64,000 nt of DNA from the human T2T-CHM13v2.0 reference genome, Homo sapiens (GCF_009914755.1 NC_060945.1), one strand, 5' to 3'; numbered from the stretch's first letter, positions 43,521-58,526 are shown. Notes: generated from the letters alone by a model not told the origin. Translations and numbers: made by a program.

Positions 43521-44509
43521 TTTTTTTTCCAAAATTGCTAGTTTATGAATTCACAGATGGTTTGGGGTTGATTAAAGGGATTAGCAATTTCACTTTAGAA
43601 TAATTTTGTTTTTTACTTAGAAGGAAGAATTTATAATTTGTGGCTTAAACTAGAAACACTACCACATCATAAGTAGCACAACACTAAAGCATAAAAAGCA
43701 ATCTTGAGACCTTCTTACATTACTATATATAGATTCTATTAAAAACAATAATGGGAACTAGAGGGTCATTGTAGAATATTTTTTCTTAAGGTCTACACAC
43801 TAATTGATTCATGTAAGATGGTCCCTGATTTCTTTTAGGTACTTAGCCCATGAGCCAGTACTTATTTTTGTAGTTGGATTAGTAACGATGCTTGATGGTT
43901 CAAATGCTTATCAGCCATCATCATTCTCACTTGCCCTGTTCTTAATGTTTTGGCTATTTTTATTACAATGATTTCCTCTGGGATTTTCATTAGGGTCAGT
44001 CATTAGCCTCAGGGGAATAAAATCAAGGGAGGATCTATGTGTCTATTTATGTAGCAGTCTGCTAGAGCAATTACATTTTCTCATTGCTATTTGATTAGAC
44101 TATTTTCTTTCTTACCAGATATTCACTCCTCTGACTCTATGCCAAATGCACCATCGAGGTGAAAGTTAAATCACATCAGGAATCTCAATGAAGAAGGAGG
44201 GTAATGGTTACCAAAAATCCTTCCAAAAGATCTTTTCATTCCCTGACATCATCACACAGTGATTTTTGATAACTTAGGCAAATATAGTCTAAACGCAATT
44301 AGAAATTAACTTTCTGAGATGAGTAAGAAAGTTTATTTAGGAAATGCAAGTGAGAAACAAGAAGTAGAAGAGAATATGTTTGGGAAATGTAATAATGCAC
44401 AGTGACTTATCTCAAGATGATTCTCAGACTTTGCCAAAAATTCACAAAGGAAAAAAAAAGTCAGCAAGGAAAATGCCTGTCTCTAAGCCCATATTTTCTC
44501 TCATTTGAG

Positions 44510-44581
44510 GTGTGGAATAACCCTTAAGCCCTTACCGGGGTCCTTCTGGACTGAGAATTGTTGTAAAGTAATACTGCTCAG
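44510..44581 (+). other. MAP3K7CL: Probable MAP3K7CL 5'UTR exon
   Basis: ttttctctcatttgag| acceptor, CAG|gttcgt donor; partly from recollection of the mRNA. Confidence 0.45.
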
Positions 44582-44880
44582 GTTCGTAAGTTTTATAATC
44601 TTCTCACACAGAGCAAATGAGAATGGGGTGGGAATGTGCAAGGCAAGAGCAGTCAAACCTGCCAGTAGTAGCAAAAGTGACAGCTAGACCAACAAGGGCT
44701 TGACATGCTTCAAGGAGACTTGCTCACCAGAACTTGAGAAACATAATTGAGGCTTTTAGGTGAAACCATTGCATTGCACGTAGCCGTGTATTATGCTTAA
44801 AGTGATCATTGGCTATGAATAAACAAAATAAAGATCCCTGCACCTTATTTAAGTGGTCATTGGACATAAAAAGTGCATTT

Positions 44881-45008
44881 AGGCTGAGGCAGGAGAATGG
44901 AGTGAACCCGGGAGGCGGAGCTTGCAGTGAGCTGAGATCGTGCCACTGCACTCCAGCCTGGGTGACAGAGCCAGACTCTGTCTAAAAAAAAAAAAAAAAA
45001 AAAAAAAA
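44881..45008 (+). mobile_element. 5'-truncated AluY-like 3' end
   Basis: aggctgaggcaggagaatgg...poly-A; TSD-like gcattta. Confidence 0.88.
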
Positions 45009-45297
45009 GCATTTAAATTCTATCAAAAATGATTCAAAGTTTACTAATATCTTTTGGTTCTTGTTGGGGTGAGCTTTGCTTGTCTGCAAAATTCATTTAT
45101 GTAGAAAACCTCGTTCTCCCCAATATTGTATGTGAATGAAATGTTACTGTATTTAACATTAATTGAATGCCAACGGCATGGTTAGTATGTTGTTTGAAGG
45201 AATGTTGCGATGGCTTTGATGCAGAATCATAACTCTCTATATCCCCCAGGTGAAAGACAACTTGAGTGGTTAAATTACTGTCATGCAAAGCGACTAG

Positions 45298-45354
45298 ATG
45301 GTTCAGCTGATTGCACCTTTAGAAGTTATGTGGAACGAGGCAGCAGATCTTAAG
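45298..45354 (+). CDS. MAP3K7CL: MAP3K7CL long isoform, first coding exon (exon 45250-45354; MVQLIAPLEVMWNEAADLK)
   Basis: cccccag| acceptor at 45249, donor AAG|gtatgt; translation matches the C21orf7/TAK1L long-isoform N-terminus as I recall it. Confidence 0.8.
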
Positions 45355-46259
45355 GTATGTCCGCCTTCCCCCAACCCCTTCCTGTAAAACTGTCGACTAT
45401 AATCCTGTTTTCAGTGAAAACAGGGTGGGAAAAATGTAGGAAAGAAGCAGAGAGAAATGGACCTTGGAAGTCTCAGCTAACCATTACTGTTGGCAATCTG
45501 TGGGAGGTCGGCAGACTATTTGTTAAGGTGCTGATTGAAACTCTGGGACACCGGTTCTTTCCCTTAATACAAAACCAATTTTGAGCCAAGTCATTTAAGA
45601 CCTTTTGAAAACTGATTCTAAAATAGCATGTGATATCCTGCGGAAAAAATAAACCATGATTTAGTAAACTAAATGATCCATGGAGTAAGGACTGCTTTAT
45701 ATGGTGTTCTTAGAGAAAGAGCAGGCACAGATGATAAAATGTGGCCAGGAAAAATCATTGGCACATCTATGTGAGTTCCAGCTTGAAATGAACTTCTCGA
45801 GGTTCATGGCCCCGTAAGTGTTTGCTGCCCACCAGCTCTGGAAAATGAGTGGAAGGATTCCCACCCAGCCTGGAAAACAGAAAGTCCGCTTACCTGATGA
45901 TGCTCTGGGGGAAATTAAGGAATGTTGGTGTCATTTCATAGTGACCACAGCATTGAGTATTGCTCCTTCAGATTCATTTTGCTCTAGGCTGATCAACATT
46001 TCACTTCCGTGATGAGCAGTGCTGGCCTAAGATTTTACTTAAGTTTCATTGATAATAAAGCTGATGGTGAGAATGATAATGATGGCAAGAAATATAGTAA
46101 AGCCTGCCCCACAGTAACGAGAATCTGGCCAGGTGGTGATTGGCAATAGACTCCTATCCTCTGCTAAGGCCCTGTTCTTTCTTCATTAATCTTGCAATAA
46201 CTTGACCCTGAGTTTTAAAGTAATAAATATTTTGGACTTCACATATTGTATGTTAGGGT

Positions 46260-47010
46260 TTTATCATATATCAACAATGATTATGATGACGTCCCCCTTT
46301 CCTGAGTATTCACTCTGCACATTGTGCTGAGTGCTTTATGCGTGTTATCTCAGTCTTCATGACCATCCTGATGAAAGTCCTCCAATGGCTTTGAACTGTA
46401 CTTAAAATAAAAACCAAACTCTAAACCAGTTCCTCTAAGGAGTGGCATGATCTAGCTCCTGCCTACTTCATGTCCTGCGTCTTTTCCACTTGCTCTGCCC
46501 CAGCCACACTACCTTCTTTTTGTTCTTGTGACATGCCACACTCATTCTCTCTGCTGGACTTTTTCACCAGCTTTTCCTTCTGCCTGGACCTCTCTTCTCC
46601 CAGACCTTAGTGTGGTTGATGCCTCCTTCAGGTCCCAGATTAAATCTCGTCTCCCCAGAGAGGGTTTCCTTGACAACTCTGTCTTCAGGAACTTCCTCAA
46701 TATTCCTTTTACATCACCCTATTTTATTTTTATCCTAAAAGCTAATACTCCCTAAACATTTTCACATTAATTAATTTTAAAAACTCTCTATCTCTGCCAA
46801 TTTGGATGTAATCTTCCTGAGAATTTGGACCAAATATGTTTTTTAATTATGTTCCCAGTTCTCAGAACAGTGCTTGGCACATGTTAAGTGTTCAATAAAT
46901 GAATGAACCTCAGTTTTTGGATGAAGAAGCTAAAGAACAGAGAGGTTAAGCTATGTCTTAGGTCGTATATCTCCTAAATGGTTTATGCAGGATTTAACTG
47001 TAAATCTAAT
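46260..47010. mobile_element. L2 fragment flanked by MIR pieces
   Basis: L2 3' end cagtgcttggcacat...ttcaataaatgaatgaa; MIR core gaagctaaag...agaggttaag. Confidence 0.55.
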
Positions 47011-47014
47011 GCTC

Positions 47015-47326
47015 ATTTTCTTTTTCTTTTTTTTTTTTTTTTTTTTGAGACAGAGTCTTGTTCTGTCTCCCAGGCTGAAGTGCAGCGGCGCGATCTCCGC
47101 TCACTGCAAGCTCCGCCTCCGGGGTTCAAACGATTCTCTTGCCTCAGCCTCCTGAGTAGCTGGGACCACAGGCTCCCACCACCACGACCGGCTAATTTTT
47201 TGTATTTTTAGTAGAGACGGGGTTTCACTGAGTTAGCCAGGATGGTCTCGATCTCCTGACCTCGTGATCCGCCCACCTCGGCCTCCCAAAGTGCTGGGAT
47301 TACAGGTGTGAGCCACCGCGCCCGGT
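47015..47326 (-). mobile_element. AluY-like
   Basis: TSD tgctcattttctt. Confidence 0.92.
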
Positions 47327-48324
47327 CGTGCTCATTTTCTTAATGATCATGCTATACAACACTATGAGATTTCTGTACATCACACCTGGAATCACATAAA
47401 GATTATAGCTTAAAACTACACTTAGCTTCCCAAAGAGGAAATTACGATTGTATTTTAATCTACTCACTAAGTGAGTAAGAGCTTCTTCGTTGAACCACTG
47501 TGCATTAGATAGGGACCATATTTCTCAAAAGCTCCAAAGTGTATGTCTCTGCACTCAAGAGAGAGCAGAGCTGGAAAAACATTTCACTTGTGTTCTCATA
47601 ACTCTGATCAAGATAGATGCTTTTATTTTTTTTCAGCATTTTAACTATGAAAGGTGAAGCTTTAATAGGCACACAATTTAGGCTGTTGTATATATTCTGG
47701 ATTAAAAAGTTTAAATGTAACCATAAGAAAAAGCAAATAATAAATGCTATCACCTTTTGTTGTGTTTTCCTGCAAGTGTTTATTTTAAAATATATAATCT
47801 GTTTGACAAAAACACAAGTTTACAGATTGCATTACATTTTCGCACTGTTTTGAATTATGTGTAAGCAATAAATATAATTTCTGAGTTATTCCAAATTCCC
47901 TTTCATAAGCTCTCCTTAAGTTATTTTACACACTGCAAAGTTTAATTTAACCACGCTAGTTTTGTTTAATAGGTTAAAAGGAATTAAATTGGTCTTAAAT
48001 TACGCTGTGAATAATAAAAATGCTAATAGGAAATATATTCCATAACACTAGTGCTGTATTTCTTAAAGCTATTGAAGCCTGGTTATCATTACAGTCAGTC
48101 TTAACCTACAGATGCCCAATCTATAAAATGAGTGTTGGTGACACAGGAAAGTGTGTGTGCATGTGTGTGTGTTGAAGAAAGCAGAGAGAGTCTACCATTT
48201 GGGCGCTGCTTTCTCTGATGATGATATTAATTTTTCTTTGTTCTCCAGTTCAGAAATCTTGGGGTGTGACTGTACCTGTGAGTTAGCTTCCTTGTTTTGC
48301 ACTAAAGAGTGCTAACAAGATACT

Positions 48325-48690
<366 letters not shown>

Positions 48691-49224
48691 TCATCTCTGA
48701 ATCAAGAAACTGGGAGAAGACTGCTCACACCACCTGCAGAAAGAAGGATAATCTGAGAGCCCAAGATGGGCCTTACATTTGTCTTTTTCCATAAAAATAC
48801 TGTTATATATTAGTGTTTGATAAAGTAAAAATAATGATGTTATTATTATCTATCTCACATACATTATGGGTTAATACGTATTTGTGCCCTTGTGAACTGG
48901 CCCAGAAAAAATGAGAAAAAGATTTCTCGTTCCAAACAACCAAAATATAAACTGCCTTTGGGAAGGTAACCCTTTCCTAAGTTAGGGGCTGCTTATAATC
49001 ACATACTTGACACCATTAAGTTTGTGGCTGGTGATGTTTGTGGCCTTATTATTTCTTTACTTTGTCTGCCAGATTGGATTTAGAAACATGAATGAAGCAT
49101 TAACCTCATAAGGAAACTGTACTGAAATAAACAGCATAAATCTCTAGGCTGAGTTTGGCCTTTTGCCTTCTGTCTTTATATAGGATTTCCAAACAAGATG
49201 TGTCTAAGCTGTTCAAGAGTGAAA

Positions 49225-49430
49225 GCAAGAAAAAAGAGGAAGGAAGGAAGGAAGAAAGGGAGGAAGGGAGGGAAGCAGGAAGGAGGGAAGGATGAGAGGG
49301 AGGGAGGAAGGGAAGAGAGGGAGGGAGGAAGGGAAAAAAGGAGAAAGGAAGGGAGTAAGGAGAATAAGAAAGAAGGAGGAAAGACAGGAAGGAGGGAGAG
49401 AAGGCAGGAGGGAAGGAAAAAAGAAAGAAT
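49225..49430 (+). repeat. Polypurine (GGAA/GGGA)-rich simple repeat
   Basis: About 200 nt of almost purely A/G. Confidence 0.92.
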
Positions 49431-49790
49431 TGATATAACCTAATAATTTTGATACTATTCGACCCATTTCCTTGCCTTTATTTTCACCATTATTGAATCA
49501 GTGATGACAGCAGTAGATGCAGTAATGTGAAATGTTAACTCATCCATTCATTTATTCATTCTGCAGTATTTTTTACAGAACTTTGCTGTTTAGTATTTCT
49601 GTATTGCTAAGTAGCCTGCAGAGGGTGCACTTTCCTTATTTTTATGTCTTTCCATCCACTTATGACCAAAAGAGGACACAATGTTTTATAAGATTAAAAG
49701 AGATTATTCAATGAAAGAAGTGAGGAAGGCACAACTTCTCTTTTCTTTCTTCTACCAAATGTTACAAAATGAAATACGTAAAAGGCGTAG

Positions 49791-50118
<328 letters not shown>

Positions 50119-50289
50119 CAGCTTCTTTGTTAATAGAAAAATCAATTTTAGTGACTTTTTTTGCATGGAGCCAGGATCATCAAGCCTGTGGCCTTCCTCA
50201 CTTTTTTTTTTTTTAAAATTGCTGCATCCCCGGGACTTCGTTTTTTTTCTTGCTCTTTGTGTATGTGTGTTCTTATTTTTCCTCTCTAT

Positions 50290-50600
50290 ACTGCATTGGT
50301 CAATAGAAATATAATGCAAGCCATATATGTAATTTAAAATTGCTTAATAGTCACATTAAAAAACTAAAAAGGAGGTAAAATTCATTTTAAAATATTTTAT
50401 TTACTCCAACTTACCAATTTTATCATTTCAACATTTTGTCAATATAAACATTTTATTGAATATTTTACTTTTTTTGGTACCAAATCTTTGAAATCTGCTG
50501 TGAATTTTGCATTTACAGCACCTCTCCTCTTGAACTGGTCACATTTTAAGCTGTGAATAGCCACATGGTACCAGTGGCAACTGTACTGGACAACACATCT
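50290..50600. mobile_element. MER33-like DNA transposon fossil
   Basis: caatagaaatataatgcaagccatatatgtaattt...tagccacatgg. Confidence 0.65.
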
Positions 50601-50942
50601 ATATACATTCCTTTTTCATTCACAATTTCTCCATCCCTAACCAAACCAGCAGAAAACAGTGTATTACCAAATGGTGCTGTTTACTCAGAAAATCTTTATG
50701 ACTAATTATCCACCAATTTGAATCATGCAGGAAACATGAGATGGCCTGTGTTCCCTCTAAGAGACTGTCGTTTACAGTTTTGAGATTTTAAAAAATAGAA
50801 TGTTTTTAGCCAGTTGATTTTTAAGTCACTCTAGTTCCCTCCATCACAAAATGAGGTATAGCTCTTAATAAAAGTCCTTCAATTTTATTTTCCTGAGTGT
50901 ACATTTTCTTTTCTTTTTTTCTTTTTTATTTTTTCAATACAG

Positions 50943-51018
50943 CCCCTTGCTCTGTCACGCAGGCTGGAATGCAGTGGTGGAATCATGGCTCACTACAGCC
51001 CTGACCTCCTGGGCCCAG
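50943..51018 (+). CDS. MAP3K7CL: MAP3K7CL Alu-derived exon A (PLALSRRLECSGGIMAHYSPDLLGP)
   Basis: Poly-T tract, then acag| acceptor; donor CAG|gtaatt; right arm of an antisense Alu; in frame with neighbours. Confidence 0.75.
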
Positions 51019-51109
51019 GTAATTGTCCCACCTCAGCCCCTCAAGTAACTGGGACCACAGGCGTGCACCACCACATCCAGCTAAGTTTTTCTTTCTTTTT
51101 TTTTCATAG

Positions 51110-51203
51110 AGATGGAGTCTCGCTATTTTGCCCAGGTTGGTCTTGAACACCTGGCTTCAAGCAGTCCTCCTGCTTTTGGCTTCTTGAAGTGCTTGGATTA
51201 CAG
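51110..51203 (+). CDS. MAP3K7CL: MAP3K7CL Alu-derived exon B (EMESRYFAQVGLEHLASSSPPAFGFLKCLDY)
   Basis: tttcatag| acceptor from the Alu linker; donor CAG|gtatga; left arm of the same Alu. Confidence 0.75.
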
Positions 51204-51880
51204 GTATGAACTACTGCACCTGGCCTGTCCATTCTCAAATACATGATAGTAACTCCCATCTGCTGAGTGCTTCCTATGTACCAGGTACTATGTATTAATT
51301 GTTTATACATATAATTCCATTTAATATTCACAAAAGTCCTTTTGAGTTGGATACTGTTGTTATCACCTTTGTTTTAAAGATGAAGAAACTGAGCATGGGG
51401 AGGGCTAGGGGAGTTGTCTAACATAATCCAGCTAGAATACTGCAGAGCTGGGATTGCAAGCTGGGCCTGCATGACTCCAAATCCTGCCTTCTGTAATTTT
51501 ATGCATGGTGTCTCCCAAGTGGGGAGTATATTAAATGCAAATTTAAGATGTTGGTAAAGGGTAGAATTCTAGAAGTGGTAGAAATCCTAGAGTTCTTATA
51601 ATCAGCTCTCTTTGTTTTTATAAGAAAAATCTGAGGCAGAGCGAGGCTGAGTGGTTTCTCTGTTGAACATCCAGGACTGGAATCCAGGATTCTGAGTCCA
51701 AGCCCAGTGCTCTTTCCCCTGATGAGAAACCTTTCCAGATTTAAACCATTAACAACCCTCTCTAAAGAGGAGGCAAGAGGTTTCAATTTCTTCTCAGGGA
51801 AAAAAAGAACTGACATCAAAAGGTCTGTGCGGGGTCATTTGTCTCATCATGACTTTGATTTGGCCTTGATCTTTATTTAG

Positions 51881-52023
51881 TATTTCAGTTTTATGCTCTG
51901 CAACAAGTTTGGCCATGTTGGAGGACAATCCAAAGGTCAGCAAGTTGGCTACTGGCGATTGGATGCTCACTCTGAAGCCAAAGTCTATTACTGTGCCCGT
52001 GGAAATCCCCAGCTCCCCTCTGG
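51881..52023 (+). CDS. MAP3K7CL: MAP3K7CL exon (SISVLCSATSLAMLEDNPKVSKLATGDWMLTLKPKSITVPVEIPSSPL); gene continues beyond the window
   Basis: tttag| acceptor, strong donor TGG|gtgagt; overlaps supplied ORF 51909-52208; frame continuous with the upstream exons. Confidence 0.8.
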
Positions 52024-52303
52024 GTGAGTATTCCGTCCACTTTCTGGAAGTCTCAGGTTCTGAAGGCTTTTTACACACTGCACCATGGGAGCCTAAGGCT
52101 GGTTGGGCAGCACCTCATTCTGCAGGGATCTGGGTCAGAGCAGGACAATGGCTCTACGATGTGCTGGGTGTTCTTCTATCTCCTTCAGTCAATGTGCTAG
52201 GATTGTGATTTCACTTTCTCACCAGGCAGGGGCTGCAGTTTACAGGAGAAAGACTATTCCTGAGTTTGTTCGACTGTGCTGTTTTTTTACTCCTCTTAAC
52301 TGA

Positions 52304-52645
<342 letters not shown>

Positions 52646-52875
52646 GACTATCATAAGACTTCTATTTCCAAATAATAGCTCATATAATAACTTGTGTAAA
52701 TATCTATAGATAGGCTTCCCTTATTATGGATGCACAATCCATTTTTCATACTGAATAATCTGTTAAGAGTATCTCTACAACTATTATTTCTCAGCTAATA
52801 CTGAATTTTTTACCAAGAGCAATAATATTGTTAAAGACTAGAAATAACCCCTCCATAGCTCATTTAATAAGGTAA

Positions 52876-53268
<393 letters not shown>

Positions 53269-53527
53269 TAGCAGGCAGTAACCCTGGTCATATCAAGTAA
53301 CTTGTATGAATCTCAATTTCCTTACCACTAAGATGAGAATGATGATAATTACCCTCCTTCTAGGATTACTGTGGGGAGCAAATGACTTATATGTGAAAGT
53401 GCTTTGTAAACTGTAAACTGTTTAAAGGTTAGTTTATGTCACATTGTCATGTATCTGTGAATATCATTTTTGTAAGTTTATATGTTATGCTTTAGGCTTG
53501 GACCAATCTAGGTCATAGTAATTACTC

Positions 53528-53945
53528 TAGGGCAATGGTTCTCAACTGGGGGCAATTTTTCCCCCAGGGGATATTTGGCAATGGCTGGAGATATTTTGGG
53601 GTGTCACAACCAGGGATATGGTACAAGAATCTAGTAGCTAGAGGCCAGAGGCTAGCCTAAACATCCCACAATCCACAGAACAGCTTCCCGCAACAACAAT
53701 TATCTGGCCCCAAATGTCCATAGTGCTGAATTTGAGAAACTCTGCTAGACAGCAGTGGGTTCTCAAATGTTAGCATCTGTCAGAGTCACCCAGGGGAAGT
53801 ATCGAAACACAGATGGCTGGACTCCATCCCAACATTTTCTGATTCAGAAAGTCTAGGGTGGGGCCTAAGTATTTGAATTTTTAGGAAGTTCCCAGGTGAT
53901 GCTAATGTTGCTGGTCCAGACATTGCTCTTTGAGAACCATTTCTG
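53528..53945. mobile_element. MER20-like followed by MER5A-like DNA transposon fossils
   Basis: caatggttctcaactggggg...ggccccaaatgtc; caggtgatgctaatgttgctggtcc. Confidence 0.7.
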
Positions 53946-54231
53946 GAGAGAAATCCTTCACTATGCATGGGTCGCTTTGATAGACTACTTTGCTTAGCCT
54001 ACTGAGCAAAGTAGTATCTTATTAAATGGTGCAAAATTTGTATCAACTAGTTGAGAAGTTTGACTCTAGGCCAAAATCCTTTGTGTGATCTGTGTGTGAT
54101 TTGAGATAATGACAAGGCAAGCTCCATGGAAGGAAGAAGCTGCCCTTCCCATACCAGACTCGGTGCACAGCCAGTGCCTTACGGTTTCCTCTAGGGAGTT
54201 GCAGTCAAGGATTCATGCGGGTATCTTTCTT

Positions 54232-54567
<336 letters not shown>

Positions 54568-57500
54568 TTAGGCTCATTCATTTAAAAAAAAAAAAAAGAG
54601 ATTCTGTTCCACCACCCCACCCCCACACCCCTGCACCCACATGTATGCGTGTCTGTATGCCTAGCCCAGGTGTCTCTATTCAGAGGCTGTCTGTTGGGGG
54701 CCTTGGCTGAGGCACTTTCCTCCACTTTGACTCCACGCCTTTCTACTCCTAGCCCTTTCCCGTTTCCCAGCCTGTGGGCTATAAAGAGGCAGGAGCGTTT
54801 TGTGTGGGGCAGGGGCTCATTTTTCTTGCCTGTTCTGCATGTCATCTGATCCTCACCTAGAGCTGTTCCAGGGGGATAAGGGGAATGTGGGGGAGCTGGA
54901 GCCGTCCTCTTTTGCCTCTTGCCCGCACTGTTGTAGAAGAGAATAAAGACCTGATTGTTACTCTCAGTTTGGCTCATTGAATTAATTGACCACCTCAACA
55001 TCTGATTCCTCAAAAGCCAGTATTAAGTATTTTCCTTCACCTGTGGTCTCCCAACTTATGTGCTGTGAATACAAATGTTGTAGCACAAAAACATCTGCTG
55101 TGACCAACTATTCCAGAGCAGTGGTTGAGAACTGTACATGGTAATATCTGGGGATCTTGTTAAAATGTTTCTAATTCTGTAGGTTCTGGGATGGGGCTTG
55201 AGATTCTGCATATCTGAAAAGCTCCTGGAGGGATATTGGTTTTACTGGTCCAGGGACCACACTTTGAGTAGCAAGACTAAAGTGTCAAGGAATTAACAAT
55301 TTCATTTAAAGAATTAGAATTAATACACAGAGAAACACAAAACAATTAGGGCAGTGCCACTTGATAGTATCAGCTGTTTAAGAGGAAACATGAGGTGATT
55401 TTGAAACAGTGGTATTTAACTCTGGGCTGCAGCTCAGAAGCTTATTATTGATTTTCTGCATGAAAAAATGTTTTTAGAAGTAGGTGTTTATAGTGAGAAG
55501 TAGGCTGGATTAGGAGTTGAAAGTCACATTTTCAGCCTGGTAATTGGCCTTCTGAGCTGTGGGATCTTAGGAAATTTAGTGTCTACCAGCTTAGTTCTAC
55601 TAGGAAGTAGGGTTGAAAATGTACACTAAGTTTTGAAAATATATTGACAATACACATAGAAAACACCATTCGTTTACTTGTTCATTCAAAATATACCTTA
55701 GGTGCGTACTTTGGGCCAAGCACTATTCTAGGTGCTGGGGAATATATCAGTGAATAAGACAGATGCAGTTCCCTGATCTCACAAAGCTCAGAGTCTAGTG
55801 GTAAAGAGAAACATCAAAGAGGCAATAATAATAATAACTAGGGTGAGGTTGATGATAGGGAAAGCACAAAGTGCACAAAGAGTTTATAGCAGGTGAATGA
55901 CCTACATCTAAAAGTCAGGTAGGACCTCCTTAAGACAATGATGTTTAAGCTGAGATCTGAAGGCAATGGCTCCAGGCAGAGGGATGATATATTTCAAGGC
56001 CCAGGGATGAAAGAGCACAGTGACCAGATTGTGTTCAAGTATGGTTGAGCACAGAGAGTGAAAGGGAGCATGGCTATGAGTTTGGAGAGGCACTATATTC
56101 AACAGGACACATTTGATTACAGGTGCCAGAAGCCAACTCATAGAAGCTTATGTATAAAAGAGAAATTGTTGGTTTACTGAACTGGGAAGTCCGTTGGGTA
56201 GAGCTGGCCTCAGGCAGAGAAATGAAATCATCCGATCTATCTCTTTGCTCTCTTCCTCTCTTCTACTTCCCTCCATGTGCTGCTCTTATTCTTCCCCATT
56301 TCAGGAGCGCTTCCTTCATATGGTTGGGAAATGACAGAGTATGATTACAGGTAGTTCAAGGTTTACAGCAACCCAGTTTAGCAACTGAAAAGAAAAAGGA
56401 GGTCACCTTTCTTTCAGAACGCGTTTAAAATCTCGGCTAAGAACTCTGATAGGAACTTGGAAGAGCACCATTTTTAATCCTAGGCTAACGATTGTGGCTG
56501 GGGGATGAGAGGAGTATTGTGATTGGCTGTCCCACCAAAATCACAAGTAGGGGTAAGGGATACTACCTTAGTGGGAAAGGAGTTGCAGTTATCAGGAAAA
56601 GAGGGACACATAATACTGGGCAGACAGAACCCAAAAATATTCACTCAGAGTATCTAGTAGGAATTTGGAGGGAGTATGCATACTATGGTAAGCATGGTTT
56701 TTCCTAACTGCAGCATAGATGGTAAGTTTAGTTTTGAAGAAACTGAAGTGTCTATAAGCTATAGGGTAGTAGATAGATATTTAGAACTTATTATCCAAAG
56801 AAAAATAAGAAGAGAGGGGAAGAAAAGAGAAAAACGCTCTTATAAATAAAAAATATTACTATTGTTCATAAAACATAGGAGGTAGAACAAAATTAAAATT
56901 TATTTTAAATTTTATTATTGCCACTGCAATTCCCCTTACGTCAACCTTGATATACCTTTTAAATATTTAAGGTGTAATGATTACTTCAGTTCTTAGGCCA
57001 ATAGATAGTCAGATTTGCTACATAGTCTCCCTTACAAGTTTTTTTTTTATTAGTCATTTCTTCTGTAGACATTATGGTCAAATAACACGATATGTAGTTA
57101 TCATAGCAATTGATTTCACATAAATTAAGCCAAGGAGCAACATAATGAAAACATGCAAAGATATAATTTATATGATGTTTTTAATTGGTCAGAAATGGCT
57201 TACTGACTAATGTTATAATATTGGGATTAATAGAAGTAGAAAGAATGTTGATTTCTACCCCCCGCACCCAGATTTTAGCTCAATTAACATAAACTGGTTG
57301 AACAGTTAAGGTTGGACAACATCATAAAAAATGTGTGTGGGGACAAACTGTACATTCTATAAACTGTTGTGTCTGTATAATTTGAAGGAATTATAGGGAA
57401 AAAATCTAGGTTGTATATTACCTAGATTTGCGCTAATATGATAGCTATATAACTTTGAATTAATTATAATTAAATAAAATAAAAAATTTAGTTTCTTGGT

Positions 57501-58526
57501 CATGCTAGCCATACTTCAAGTGCCAAGAGGCACATGAGGCTCATGTCTACCATACTGGACAATAACCATCTAGGACATTTCCATTATCACAAAAAGTTCT
57601 GTTGGAGAGCACCAGTCTACACAGCACCAGCAAGTCAGTTCCCTTTCTTTGGAATGAAATAAGCTAAATAAAATTTTTAAGAGGGATTTTTCTCTCCGTG
57701 TGCTCCACAGTAAGCACTGTCAACTCTATGTTTAAGATGCATCCCAAATCTACCCACTTCTCTTTTTTTCTACTGTTACTCTCTGAGCCTGAGCCATTTT
57801 TATCTCCCATCTGGACAACTTCAATAGTCTCCTGACTCACCCCTCTATTTCCATTCTTTCAATTTATATATGGTCTCCATGGAGCAGCTGGAATGATTTT
57901 TAAAAAACACGTACTGGTTTTAAATTTCTTGAGAAAAAAAGGAATGTGAAAGAAGGACACAATATTTTCTGAATTTCCATTACTTGTGCCACTGTGCACC
58001 GTTCTTTCAAAGAAGCGATCTTCTTTAATCTTTACAATAATAAAGGAAAAGGGAGGTATTATAATTCCTTTTTGCAAAGGCGGAAATTAGGACTCAGAGA
58101 GGGCAAATAACTAGCTTGTGTTCACCTAGCTAGTAAGTGGCAAACCCTTTGAAGAAATGAATGGATGATTTAAACAGCCAAGTCCTAAGCTTTCTACTAG
58201 ACTACCTCGCCAAACATTATTAAGCACTGAAGGAGATTTGTTACTGGGCTTCTTCCTTTTGAGGAAGAGAGAAATTCTTTGTATCTTTCTCTACCTTATC
58301 TGCTCATTTATCTGGACTTTGCCTCCTCAGTTATGAGTATAGCAGTCCCCTCAGGGTGAAGTTGAAGGTCTCTATTCTTTTAATTCTCAAAGATGCCAAA
58401 GTGGCAGGTACAGTTTTGACCCCATATGGAAAGGGTCTCCTCCCAACCAAGTTGGGCTTGCTCTTCCACGGTTTAGGGCAGTGGTTCACTCATTTTTAGG
58501 TCTGAGGCACAGTTTAAAATACTAGC

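Larger units (their letters stand above)
50905..51225 (-). mobile_element. AluJ-like element; both arms appear exonised in MAP3K7CL
   Basis: Diverged antisense dimer. Confidence 0.9.

Noticed and set aside
49198-49467. Charged and hydrophobic low-complexity ORFs
   Set aside because: Translations of the GA-rich simple repeat.
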